Source of the DNA: Oligoflexales bacterium
Lineage (GTDB): Bacteria > Bdellovibrionota_B > Oligoflexia > Oligoflexales > CAIYRB01
Length of the DNA: 26,497 nucleotides
Reading direction: 5' to 3'
NCBI GenBank assembly: GCA_041736175.1
Contig: JBGSUI010000065.1
Span: forward strand, 1 to 26,497
Part shown: in pieces, positions 1-8,375 of the stretch
Layout: the number at the start of each line of letters is the position of its first letter
Position numbering within the stretch: position 1 is the stretch's first letter
Position numbers and translations under genes: made by a program
The notes under the pieces: generated by a model
The model's input: the letters and a program-made list of their open reading frames with translations, nothing else
Database searches by the model: none
Told to the model about the DNA's origin: nothing

Positions 1-99
1 ACGTATTTGGAAGCCTTTCGAAGGCGTAATTCAGAAACAAACTCGAGAAAAAAGCCAGCGGAGGATCGAAGGACGCAAAATATCGATAAAGCTTCGTAA
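1..99 (+). CDS. 3' end of an ORF entering the window (TYLEAFRRRNSETNSRKKPAEDRRTQNIDKAS*); identity unknown
   Basis: Frame +1 is open from base 1 to TAA at 97-99. The fragment is too short to assign. Confidence 0.3.
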   Translation, partial: TYLEAFRRRNSETNSRKKPAEDRRTQNIDKAS

Positions 100-117
100 G
101 TTACGTCAAAAATGCGG

Positions 118-1176
118 TTATTTTTGTGGAAACTTCTGTTCAAGGACTTTTTGGTGGGCAGAACCCTCAAGGGTCTGTAAATCAAGTTCAACACCAAGAT
201 CGTACCAAACGGGACGGACGTCCTGGGGATGGATCCCTAACCCTAGACTTTGTAGAAGCTTGTCCTCAAATTCAATGAATAGACCGATTCTTAGGGAAGG
301 GTCTCCGCACAGAATGCGCAAGAGATTTTCGAGTTCTTGCCCCCTTTCGGCATGGTTATTATGTTCTGACAGTAGCAGCTGCTTGATACGGCTAAAGGCT
401 TCTTGCTGAGTCACATCAAAAGATCGGACGATTGTAAATCCCTCGATAGCTATTCCATCTAAGGGAAAAATTCTCATAAGTTCTTCGACGTCATTGATCG
501 AGCGAAAAACCTTATCGATGAGCTCTGGAGCAAGATTTTTAGGCTTATCTTCGATTTTAACCACGCAATATGATAGATCCAAATACATACGATGAAAAGA
601 CATCAAGCCAGTTTCGTGGCGTTTCACTTCGAAAAGTTCACTGGTATGGCGAACAGCTGCTCCTAGCCCAAATCCATCTGCGAGAACAAATTTGTATAAA
701 TCAAGCATCATGCTATATTTAGGGGACTTCCCGCATTCGGAGGGACATCCAAGAAAATGGCCCTGATCCGATAAGAAGATATCGGCAAACATCTTGCTCG
801 TCCAAAAGCCAGAGGGTTGGAAAGGAAAGATAGCAGCAAACGCAACTGCTTGCCCGAAATTAACGGGAAAGATTGCACCCATTAGCGCAGCGATCGTATC
901 TCCATGACGACTAAAGGCTTCGCTGGTCGAAATAGGTTGTAGCAATTCGGGAATCGACCCTGCGAGTGTGGCTATATCTTGATTGCGTCTATTTGTTGAG
1001 GGACTACCGGTATCATATCCCTCTCCAAGTATTTTGATAAGTGGTGCGAATGACAAGCGACAGGGCAACGGCATAGGGATATCCGGTGTTTTTATCTCGA
1101 TCTGCCAGGGATCGATCAGAGATACATTTTTGTCGGTCAATGAATTCACGGGGAGTCCTCGGTATTTTAGCGACAA
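118..1176 (-). CDS. N-terminal part of a GAF-domain-family protein (Bacteroidota-type), probably truncated
   Basis: Segments LSFAPLI, IPELLQPI, IFPFQP, FPLDGIAIEGF and DVTQQEAFSRIKQLLL resemble the N-terminal half of a family I recall as roughly twice this length. This is recognition from memory. TTG start. Confidence 0.55.
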   Translation of the reverse strand: MSLKYRGLPVNSLTDKNVSLIDPWQIEIKTPDIPMPLPCRLSFAPLIKILGEGYDTGSPSTNRRNQDIATLAGSIPELLQPISTSEAFSRHGDTIAALMGAIFPVNFGQAVAFAAIFPFQPSGFWTSKMFADIFLSDQGHFLGCPSECGKSPKYSMMLDLYKFVLADGFGLGAAVRHTSELFEVKRHETGLMSFHRMYLDLSYCVVKIEDKPKNLAPELIDKVFRSINDVEELMRIFPLDGIAIEGFTIVRSFDVTQQEAFSRIKQLLLSEHNNHAERGQELENLLRILCGDPSLRIGLFIEFEDKLLQSLGLGIHPQDVRPVWYDLGVELDLQTLEGSAHQKVLEQKFPQK

Positions 1177-1330
1177 TGATCCTACGGTTATTTTTCGGTT
1201 CTAAAAATGATTCCTTTAGCTGTCGGAAGCACTTCGAAATAGGCAAGAATTTCCCCTGAGACACTCTATACAGTCGACTCAATGGCCTGTGTGGTTGTTG
1301 GTAAAAGCTATCCTATGACTCCCTGAAAAC

Positions 1331-2401
1331 TCACGGCAGCTCCTCTAACCGGCAGTCCCTTAAGATCCTCAGGAGTTCTCCGGGACGGGATGCTGGCTGG
1401 GACTGCTCCTCGAGCGAAAGGTACTTGGGAAACATGATCTTTCCCGAAAGAGGTGCCCGTAGGTTTTGGCCATCGATGGTGCCGATGATTTGATTTTTTT
1501 GTATTGGACTAAAGTTAGTCAACCCCGGGATGAGTGCCACATACTTAGCGTCGGGCCAAGCCACGGTGTGTCCCCAGGTATAAAGGGGACCTTGTAGATT
1601 AGGGCTGGGAGGTTCGGGTTGAGTGAGGTTTAGGTCAGGACGGCGGAACTGGGTGCCATAGGCGATGGCTGAGAGGGCGACTTGAAAACCTAAAGCCGTT
1701 TGCATGGGGTCATAGGTCGGACGAATGCCACCTAATTCGAGGGTGATTCCAAGCCCGCCTTGTGCCGTCGTGTATTCATCCGAACAGCAGCCTTCTTTGG
1801 AAAAGGGACGTCCCCAATGGGTGATGACGGGCAGATAGGGGTTTAAGGCGCGCGCCATCTTTAGGGCCGTGGGGCTGTAAGCAAAGATAAAAAAACTGGA
1901 GAGGCTCGGTTGAATGGTTTGGTGAAAGTCCACAAAAAAGTGACTCAGCCTAAGGAGTTCTTCGATTTCGGCAGCTCGTTTGGCTTCCGTTGGGACCGGA
2001 GTCGGATTCACAGGAGGTCTAGGAATGCGGGAAAAGCTGCGGTTGAGATCCCGCTCCAAAAATCTTTTGCCTTGGAGCGCCGCAGCGGTGTTTCCTAAGA
2101 AAAATCCAAGGGGAATCTCGGGTTGGAGCACGCCCTGGACCAGTGCTTGGAGCACTTCATTGACGACTAAAAGCCCTCCCCACTCGTTTCCATGGACGAT
2201 AGCACCAAAGGTCACTCCCACTGGTTTTGCACTCTCGCCAAAGGATTTTTGGTGAGTGATGGGGACTTGGCTGCTTTTTTGAACCCAAAAAATATCTTCG
2301 GCAACCGTAAAAACCCGCAGTTTGCCGGAGGAGGCTAACTCATTTTGGAGGTTACGGTATCTTTGAATTTCTATTGCTATTGCTTCTCTCATGGCAAGCA
2401 T
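1331..2401 (-). CDS. Succinylglutamate desuccinylase/aspartoacylase family (M14 zinc carboxypeptidase-like)
   Basis: HGNE zinc motif, RDLNRSF, DFHQT (third ligand), TLELG (catalytic Glu), and a C-terminal barrel-sandwich-like segment ending IMFPKY. Confidence 0.85.
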   Translation of the reverse strand: MLAMREAIAIEIQRYRNLQNELASSGKLRVFTVAEDIFWVQKSSQVPITHQKSFGESAKPVGVTFGAIVHGNEWGGLLVVNEVLQALVQGVLQPEIPLGFFLGNTAAALQGKRFLERDLNRSFSRIPRPPVNPTPVPTEAKRAAEIEELLRLSHFFVDFHQTIQPSLSSFFIFAYSPTALKMARALNPYLPVITHWGRPFSKEGCCSDEYTTAQGGLGITLELGGIRPTYDPMQTALGFQVALSAIAYGTQFRRPDLNLTQPEPPSPNLQGPLYTWGHTVAWPDAKYVALIPGLTNFSPIQKNQIIGTIDGQNLRAPLSGKIMFPKYLSLEEQSQPASRPGELLRILRDCRLEELP

Positions 2402-2459
2402 CTTAAACTAAAGTCAGGAGCTGTTCAACCATTCCAGAGCTGGGCAAAGGACACCTGTC

Positions 2460-2825
2460 ATGTCACCCAATCACCTGAGTCAAGTCCAAGGTGGCGTGGG
2501 GTCGGCTCAACGACCATGGTGGCGTGTGGCTGTTATAGGTCTATCATGCTGGGGGCTTTGGGCCTGTGATCCAGACGGGAAAAAGCAATGTGCATGGGTT
2601 TTAGAGCCCGAGCCCAAACTAATAGGCACCACAGATCCATCGATGGTACCTGTTTGTGCCCGTAACCGTGAATCTCAAAAGGAAGACTGCCGGATGCAAT
2701 CTTCCCTGGAATTCGCCGAAAAGGTCTATGGTAGGAAATTTAGATATGTGGATTTAAGAGTCAAATCTACGGGAATTCCACGAACTATCGCCACGATCCG
2801 TTTTTGTGACGGAAAAGGTGATTAA
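2460..2825 (+). CDS. Small Cys-rich putative lipoprotein
   Basis: Hydrophobic stretch ending in the lipobox-like LWAC, four further Cys in the mature part, and its stop abuts the SD of the next gene. Confidence 0.65.
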   Translation: MSPNHLSQVQGGVGSAQRPWWRVAVIGLSCWGLWACDPDGKKQCAWVLEPEPKLIGTTDPSMVPVCARNRESQKEDCRMQSSLEFAEKVYGRKFRYVDLRVKSTGIPRTIATIRFCDGKGD

Positions 2826-2837
2826 GGAGACCCCTTG

Positions 2838-3422
2838 ATGGGTGTGTTGTTTGAAAGCATTGTCGGGACACTTTTGGCCTTAGCAGACCAAACAACTCCT
2901 AAAAAGGCGGCTGATATTAAACTAGCAGACCAGTCAGCGAAACCGGAGCGAGCAGGGGGGGATATGGAGGCAAGGGTGGCCCCCTATTGGCAACAAGTCA
3001 TGACCGGTCGCATGGATTCCGGTGGGTTTGACGAAGCTTGGGGTGTTTTTAGTTACGGGGGGTGGTCAGATGCGGGGCAGATGATGCTCCTGCACAACAT
3101 AAAAAATCCTGAAAAAGCCCTTTTAATTGTGGGTAAGCCCAACCGCCAAGAAATCGATTTTGAACGCAGTATCGACCTCCAAGAGCTCAAAACTCTGATA
3201 CCAAAACTTGATGGCATCAAAAAACTAGAGGATGTCGATCTGCCTATGTTTGATGGTTTGGTTTTTGAAATGGCCTATGCGCAGAGGGTAGCCGCGAGCG
3301 GCAAACCAAAGGCGACTATCGTTAAGAGGGTTTATTACAAAAATCCAGGGACGAAACAAAAATTTCCAGGCCATGATGAAATCCTGGAGTTAGCTCAAAA
3401 GTTAAAAACAAAACCCTTATAA
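2838..3422 (+). CDS. Hypothetical (probably exported) protein
   Basis: SD AAGGAG at 2824-2829 and ATG at 2838 (TTG at 2835 is an alternative). Short hydrophobic N-terminus, about 194 aa. Confidence 0.7.
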   Translation: MGVLFESIVGTLLALADQTTPKKAADIKLADQSAKPERAGGDMEARVAPYWQQVMTGRMDSGGFDEAWGVFSYGGWSDAGQMMLLHNIKNPEKALLIVGKPNRQEIDFERSIDLQELKTLIPKLDGIKKLEDVDLPMFDGLVFEMAYAQRVAASGKPKATIVKRVYYKNPGTKQKFPGHDEILELAQKLKTKPL

Positions 3423-3511
3423 CGGCATTTGTTTAGTACGAGAAATTCGCGAGAGTTTCAACAGTAAAGAGCCGCAATATAAGGCCGCAAGAGCTGAGGA
3501 GGAATAGGATT

Positions 3512-4720
3512 TCAGCCGACTTTCTTTAATTTTGTTAAAGATCTTTCAACATTTTCGAGAGTCGTCTTGGCTTTTTCAAAATCAGGGGCTAATTCCAAGC
3601 AGTGCTTAAGCTGCTTTTCGGCCTCGATATAGCTTTCGGGGGTCTTTTTTTGGATATGGGCTAAGGCAATGTTGTAGTATATCCGATAGTTTTCTTTGAA
3701 TTTTGGAAAAAATCGCAGGGCTCTTTGGTACTCATTGACCGCTTGATCGCCTGAGCCATCTTTAGAGAGCATGACGCCTTTGTTGTTGTAGTGGCGGACG
3801 ATCTCTGCTGGTTGGGCTGCATCTTTGCCAAACTGGATAGCCTGTTCATCAAAACCTTTTTCAAAAAGTTGTGAAAACATATTGAATTTAAGCTCAGGCT
3901 GTTCGGGACTCAAATCTAAGACTTGTTTAAACCTTTTGACAGAGTTGTCGGGATCTTTGAGATGGAGAAAGGCAGTTGCCAGCTCGTTGAGGCGGTCGAT
4001 ATTTTGTGGAGCTAACTCGTCGGATTTTTGCAGGCAAACTTTGGCATCGTTATATCGACCCATGCGCATCAAAAGGCGTCCCTTAGCGTTAAGGAGGGTG
4101 ATATTTGAGGGATCTCGGTCTAGCATGGGGGTTACAATCGATAAGGCATCCTCAAACCTGTTGGCCTTTTCGTAAAGGTCATACATAAGATTAAGGCCTT
4201 TGGGACCCATTTCGGCGAGTTTTGATTTGACTTGGGCAGCAGCTTTGTCGAAGTCTTTGGTCTTATTGTAATAATCGACAATTTTCCCTTTCATTTCTTG
4301 GTAGGCTACCAGGCGTTTTTTGGTGGCCATACCCCGACTGAGATAGGGGAGGAGGTTGATGATGGTGAAAGGCTTGTTGATGGCTTCGAGATCACCGAGT
4401 TCTTTGATAAGACCTTCGTTATTTCCAAGGGATTTATTGCCACTCATCATGATAAATGCCGTGCAACGTTTTTCCTGCATTTCGTGGGCCCGCCATTTTT
4501 GTACCAGAGCCAAACCGGCTAAAGGTGCAAATTCGATTTCGATCAGAACCACATCAAACCGAATAGTGTTAAATTTATAAAGAGCTGTCTCCAGGTTCGA
4601 AGCTTTTTCCACTTTACAGTTATACCTGGTCAATGGTTCTTCTAAGGCCTGGGCCACCGAAGGGTCATCGTCGATAAGAAGAATTTTGTTGGGTAGATTT
4701 GAGTTGTTTTCTGCGCTCAT
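3512..4720 (-). CDS. Atypical receiver domain + TPR protein
   Basis: KILLIDDD, IMMSG and NKPF receiver motifs, with Glu at the phospho-acceptor position (DVVLIEIEF). Multiple TPR-like repeats (LNAKGRLL, YNNKGV, YYNIALA). SD GAGGTGG upstream. Confidence 0.85.
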   Translation of the reverse strand: MSAENNSNLPNKILLIDDDPSVAQALEEPLTRYNCKVEKASNLETALYKFNTIRFDVVLIEIEFAPLAGLALVQKWRAHEMQEKRCTAFIMMSGNKSLGNNEGLIKELGDLEAINKPFTIINLLPYLSRGMATKKRLVAYQEMKGKIVDYYNKTKDFDKAAAQVKSKLAEMGPKGLNLMYDLYEKANRFEDALSIVTPMLDRDPSNITLLNAKGRLLMRMGRYNDAKVCLQKSDELAPQNIDRLNELATAFLHLKDPDNSVKRFKQVLDLSPEQPELKFNMFSQLFEKGFDEQAIQFGKDAAQPAEIVRHYNNKGVMLSKDGSGDQAVNEYQRALRFFPKFKENYRIYYNIALAHIQKKTPESYIEAEKQLKHCLELAPDFEKAKTTLENVERSLTKLKKVG

Positions 4721-4828
4721 AGATTCTTAGACCACCTCGTCTCAGATATTCGTCTATAGTTCGGCAGGTAGGCCTGTTATCTTAATCATGACAAAGTCAG
4801 GTATTGAGCGTACATAGGGAATGGATTG

Positions 4829-5965
4829 ATGAAAAATCGGAAAACAAAAAATGGACCAATAGCCATCTGTACGGGTGGAGGCGATGCTCCGGGGCTCAAT
4901 GCGGTTTTAAGGGCCGTCGTTTACAGAGTGGGTTTGGGATATCAGGGACAAGTCCTAGGGATCTATAATGGGTTCAATGGTCTTTTTGCCAAGTCGGCAG
5001 AGTATGAAGAGTTATCGATCGCTTCTGTCGCCGCAATACACACCTATGGAGGCACGATTCTCGGAGCAGCAAGCCAAGGGAGTCCTCTCCGCGACCCCAA
5101 AGAAGCAACCGCTAGTTTGGCAAATTTTAAAAAAAATTGGGAAAAACTCGCGCCCAAAGGACTTGTCGTCATCGGTGGTGATGGCACCCAAGGGATGGCT
5201 AGACAAATAGCTGCGTTGGGAATCCCCATGGTCGGGATTCCAAAGACGATTGACAATGATCTACTGGGAAGCGAGGTGGCCATTGGTTTTTCGACGGCTG
5301 TGGAGGTGGCCGCGAATGCCGCAAAAAGTTTGATGCATACCGCAGCAGCCCACCAAAGACTTATGGTCTTGGAAGTGATGGGGCGCACCAGTGGCTTTTT
5401 GGCGCTGCATGCTGGTTTGGCCAGCGGTGTGGATGGAGTTCTCGTCCCTGAGATTCCTTTTTCGATGGATCAACTGGAGCGGGATCTTAGGAAGAAACTC
5501 AAAATACAAGATCGTGATTCCATAAAGCTTGGAGGTCGTGCAGGTCTCCAGGGAGTGGTGTTGATTGTGGCTGAGGGAGCGATTGCTTTAGAAGGAAAAA
5601 AAGATAGTCCCAGGACTAAATTAACAGCTTCTGGCCAGACGGTTTTGGGTGGAATTGGAGATTTTGTTGCAGGGGAGCTATCACGGCGCTTGGGGATCGA
5701 AGCGCGTTTAAATACCCTTGGACATGTCCAAAGAGGAGCTGATCCCAATGGGACGGACCGGATCCTAGCGACCCAACTCGCAGTGGAAGCGATCGATGCC
5801 CTCTATCGAAACCAGCATGGATTTGTATTGACGACCGGCCCCCAGGGTTACAAAAGGATTCCTTATGGGGAAATTACCGATCTTCGGCGCAGGTTGGAGC
5901 CCACAGATCCACTTCTGATCACGGCCCAGGGACTCGGAATGATTTTGGGTACTGGCCCAAATTAA
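4829..5965 (+). CDS. pfkA: 6-phosphofructokinase (PfkA family, group III-like)
   Basis: TGGGDAPGLN, GGTILG, GGDGT, IPKTIDND, EVMGR, AEG and LGHVQRG motifs. Confidence 0.93.
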   Translation: MKNRKTKNGPIAICTGGGDAPGLNAVLRAVVYRVGLGYQGQVLGIYNGFNGLFAKSAEYEELSIASVAAIHTYGGTILGAASQGSPLRDPKEATASLANFKKNWEKLAPKGLVVIGGDGTQGMARQIAALGIPMVGIPKTIDNDLLGSEVAIGFSTAVEVAANAAKSLMHTAAAHQRLMVLEVMGRTSGFLALHAGLASGVDGVLVPEIPFSMDQLERDLRKKLKIQDRDSIKLGGRAGLQGVVLIVAEGAIALEGKKDSPRTKLTASGQTVLGGIGDFVAGELSRRLGIEARLNTLGHVQRGADPNGTDRILATQLAVEAIDALYRNQHGFVLTTGPQGYKRIPYGEITDLRRRLEPTDPLLITAQGLGMILGTGPN

Positions 5966-6057
5966 AGTAAACCGCCCTTCTAAAGCTTTATTTCCTTTTT
6001 TCATGATTGCAAGCTAGATACAATAGGATTTATGCGTGACATAAAAGGAGGGGGCTT

Positions 6058-7371
6058 GTGAATCCTCATATTTTCAGACTTTTTATGGTCCTACTCCTGT
6101 GTTGGCTCGTGGAGCCGGTCCTCAGAGCGGGAGATATGCCGAAGGGCAACTTTAATGGACCCTTATCTAAACCCACTGTAGAGTCCAAAAAAATTAAGGA
6201 ACCTGCTGAGGGCCCGAAGGGAGCAACTCGAGATGAGACCGCCACCTATAAGGAAGGTGCAACCTTAATCCAGAAGGATTTTTGCAACACCGTTTTAGTA
6301 AATATGCTGCCCAATCAATCCATGGTAGAAAATAGCGGGGATTTCATGTACCTTTTGGTTGATAATCCTTGGAAATTGGCTAAACAGAAAAAGTCTCTGA
6401 AAAGCCCAGGATCCAAAGAATCAGCAATCCGCCCTAAAAAAACCTTGGTTAAATTCCATCTGGAAACGCCTCGGTTTGAGCCCTTAGTGAGCTTGGCGGC
6501 CCATAAGGGCACACCATTTCTTATGGTCCATAGTGGTGGTGTCTCTGCCCTACACTTTTTAGGGGATTCAAGTGAGTGTGGATTTGGTAAGGCCATGATG
6601 GTTAGCATGTCCCTTGCTAAGGGTGGAGAAGGAAATAAGGCTGTCCATCAAACGGGCAACTATAAGATGGTTCGTAGCAACTCAGGATGGATTCTTGCAG
6701 ATTTAAATAAAAAAACTTTGGTTGAAACCGATGGGGTTACGTTTCAAATGCGAACAGAGCGCAAGCTTTTAAGCGATGGAGATCCTATCTATTACGATCC
6801 TACTGAAAAAATCTTAGTTCACTGGTATGAAAAAGGGGATATACGCGGAATTCTTGTGGAAAAAGGTGTCGGCGTCTCAAAGACATTGCGAAAAATAGCG
6901 GTTCCTAAAGGAGAACATATCCTGACCTCACCCCATGGGATTGGCGTGATAAAACAGCAGTCAACGCTGCAACTTACTCTCGAAACAATAAAGGGGTTGA
7001 CTCGAGGGACGGAGGGTTCAAAGGCTTTTATCATCAAATCTCCTGTGGATGATCCCTTATCCAAATTGGCATTTGAAGTTGATTTTGAAAATAAAAGGGC
7101 ATTGGTCCTTGCTAAAACTATAAACGATAGGAAGTTTTTTAAAAAAGCCTGGATTTATGACTTGGGCCTTCAAGATCCAGTTGAGGTGATCGCAGCTCCA
7201 GCGGACCAGTATGTTCACTTTGCTTCACTGTCCACTGAGGGAGTGAGAGCCTTTTTTGAATTGCGAAGCGTGGTTACCGGATACACATCTTCGGTAAAAG
7301 TCTATGATTTTGAAAAAAAAGCCTTAGAGAACTATCCCTTCCAGCTAACGTTGGTTAAAAACTCTCCTTAA
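6058..7371 (+). CDS. Hypothetical secreted protein (beta-rich, possibly propeller-like)
   Basis: SD AAGGAGG, GTG start, Sec-type signal peptide, 437-aa open frame. Confidence 0.75.
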   Translation: MNPHIFRLFMVLLLCWLVEPVLRAGDMPKGNFNGPLSKPTVESKKIKEPAEGPKGATRDETATYKEGATLIQKDFCNTVLVNMLPNQSMVENSGDFMYLLVDNPWKLAKQKKSLKSPGSKESAIRPKKTLVKFHLETPRFEPLVSLAAHKGTPFLMVHSGGVSALHFLGDSSECGFGKAMMVSMSLAKGGEGNKAVHQTGNYKMVRSNSGWILADLNKKTLVETDGVTFQMRTERKLLSDGDPIYYDPTEKILVHWYEKGDIRGILVEKGVGVSKTLRKIAVPKGEHILTSPHGIGVIKQQSTLQLTLETIKGLTRGTEGSKAFIIKSPVDDPLSKLAFEVDFENKRALVLAKTINDRKFFKKAWIYDLGLQDPVEVIAAPADQYVHFASLSTEGVRAFFELRSVVTGYTSSVKVYDFEKKALENYPFQLTLVKNSP

Positions 7372-7386
7372 CCATTTGTTGACAGA

Positions 7387-7403
7387 TGTCTAAAGACTGC
7401 ACA
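7387..7403. promoter_or_regulatory. Putative enhancer-binding-protein site TGTCTA-N5-TGCACA
   Basis: Matches the palindrome at 11536-11552 and lies about 104 bp upstream of a GG-N10-GC promoter. Confidence 0.4.
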
Positions 7404-7506
7404 CTTAAAAATGGTCCTTGGTAACCCCAAAAGAGCCACAAAAAAAGCCAAGGAATCTTTGATTTTTAGGGATATATCCACCTCACAACCGAATCGCTGG
7501 ATTCGT

Positions 7507-7522
7507 TGGTAAACATTTTGCA
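7507..7522 (+). promoter_or_regulatory. Putative sigma54 promoter (TGGTAAACATTTTGCA)
   Basis: GG-N10-GC with TTTTGCA, 35 nt before the start of 7558..8367. Confidence 0.55.
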
Positions 7523-7557
7523 CGAGATCCTCTGGATCCTAACCTGTGAGGTGATCT

Positions 7558-8367
7558 GTGGTTCAAGCAAATTCGATCTCGTTGGTTCTAAGTGTGGTCT
7601 GTTTAGTGAGCTGTCACAAACAAACCCTTAAGACAGATGGGAATCAGTCGGCTGTCAAAGTGACTAATTCCATGGCTTTAGGAGACACTGATTACATGTC
7701 CGTCGTTCGGCTAGGAACAGAGTGTACAGCGACCCTCATAAGGCCAAATCTCCTGATTACCACTGCGGTTTGTGCCCAAAAAAACAATAATTTTATTGTC
7801 CTTCAAGAGTATCGCGAGAAACTCTTTGTAGAGGATCGCGCGATTTTGGATAAAGTGATCCATCCCGAATTTGATGTTACCAAACCCCTCAATGGTTATA
7901 ATCTTGCCTTGTTAAAAATTCAGCCATATTTAATTAAAGATAAGATTAAACCGGGCGCCATTGCAATAGACTCGACCACCCTTGATAAAGAAAACATAAA
8001 CTTTGAAATGGTCGGGTTTGGCTGCATGGATCAAGCAGAGCCATACATGCGTGGACTTAAACGCAAGGGTAAAAATGTTTTCAAGAAGCCGATAGCTGGT
8101 GGCGTCGGTATCCTGGCAGCTCAGGGCACTGGAATGACGACGATGAATTATGATGCTCCCCATGCCAATTCTATGGGCTGTTTGGGAGATGAAGGAGCGC
8201 CAGCCCTTGTGGACAACAAAATCGTTGGAGTCTACCTCGGCCAAAAGCAAATCAACGGTAAAAAGAATAAAGAAGCGATTTTTGCAGATCTCGCCCTTCC
8301 GGCCAACAAAGTTTTTATTAAGAAATACGCAGACCCCAGCCCTTGCCTGACTATCCGGACTAAGTGA
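7558..8367 (+). CDS. Trypsin-like (S1) lipoprotein, catalytically degenerate
   Basis: Lipobox LVSC. CTATLI..LLITTAVC, YNLALL, VGFG and CLGDEGAP align to S1 motifs with the triad residues replaced. SD GAGGTG. Confidence 0.85.
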   Translation: MVQANSISLVLSVVCLVSCHKQTLKTDGNQSAVKVTNSMALGDTDYMSVVRLGTECTATLIRPNLLITTAVCAQKNNNFIVLQEYREKLFVEDRAILDKVIHPEFDVTKPLNGYNLALLKIQPYLIKDKIKPGAIAIDSTTLDKENINFEMVGFGCMDQAEPYMRGLKRKGKNVFKKPIAGGVGILAAQGTGMTTMNYDAPHANSMGCLGDEGAPALVDNKIVGVYLGQKQINGKKNKEAIFADLALPANKVFIKKYADPSPCLTIRTK

Positions 8368-8375
8368 GGCTTTTG

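Noticed and set aside
1331..2401. Calling the M14 protein astE or linking it to the ligase operon
   Set aside because: No ast genes are nearby and it is 15 kb from the operon. The substrate cannot be inferred.
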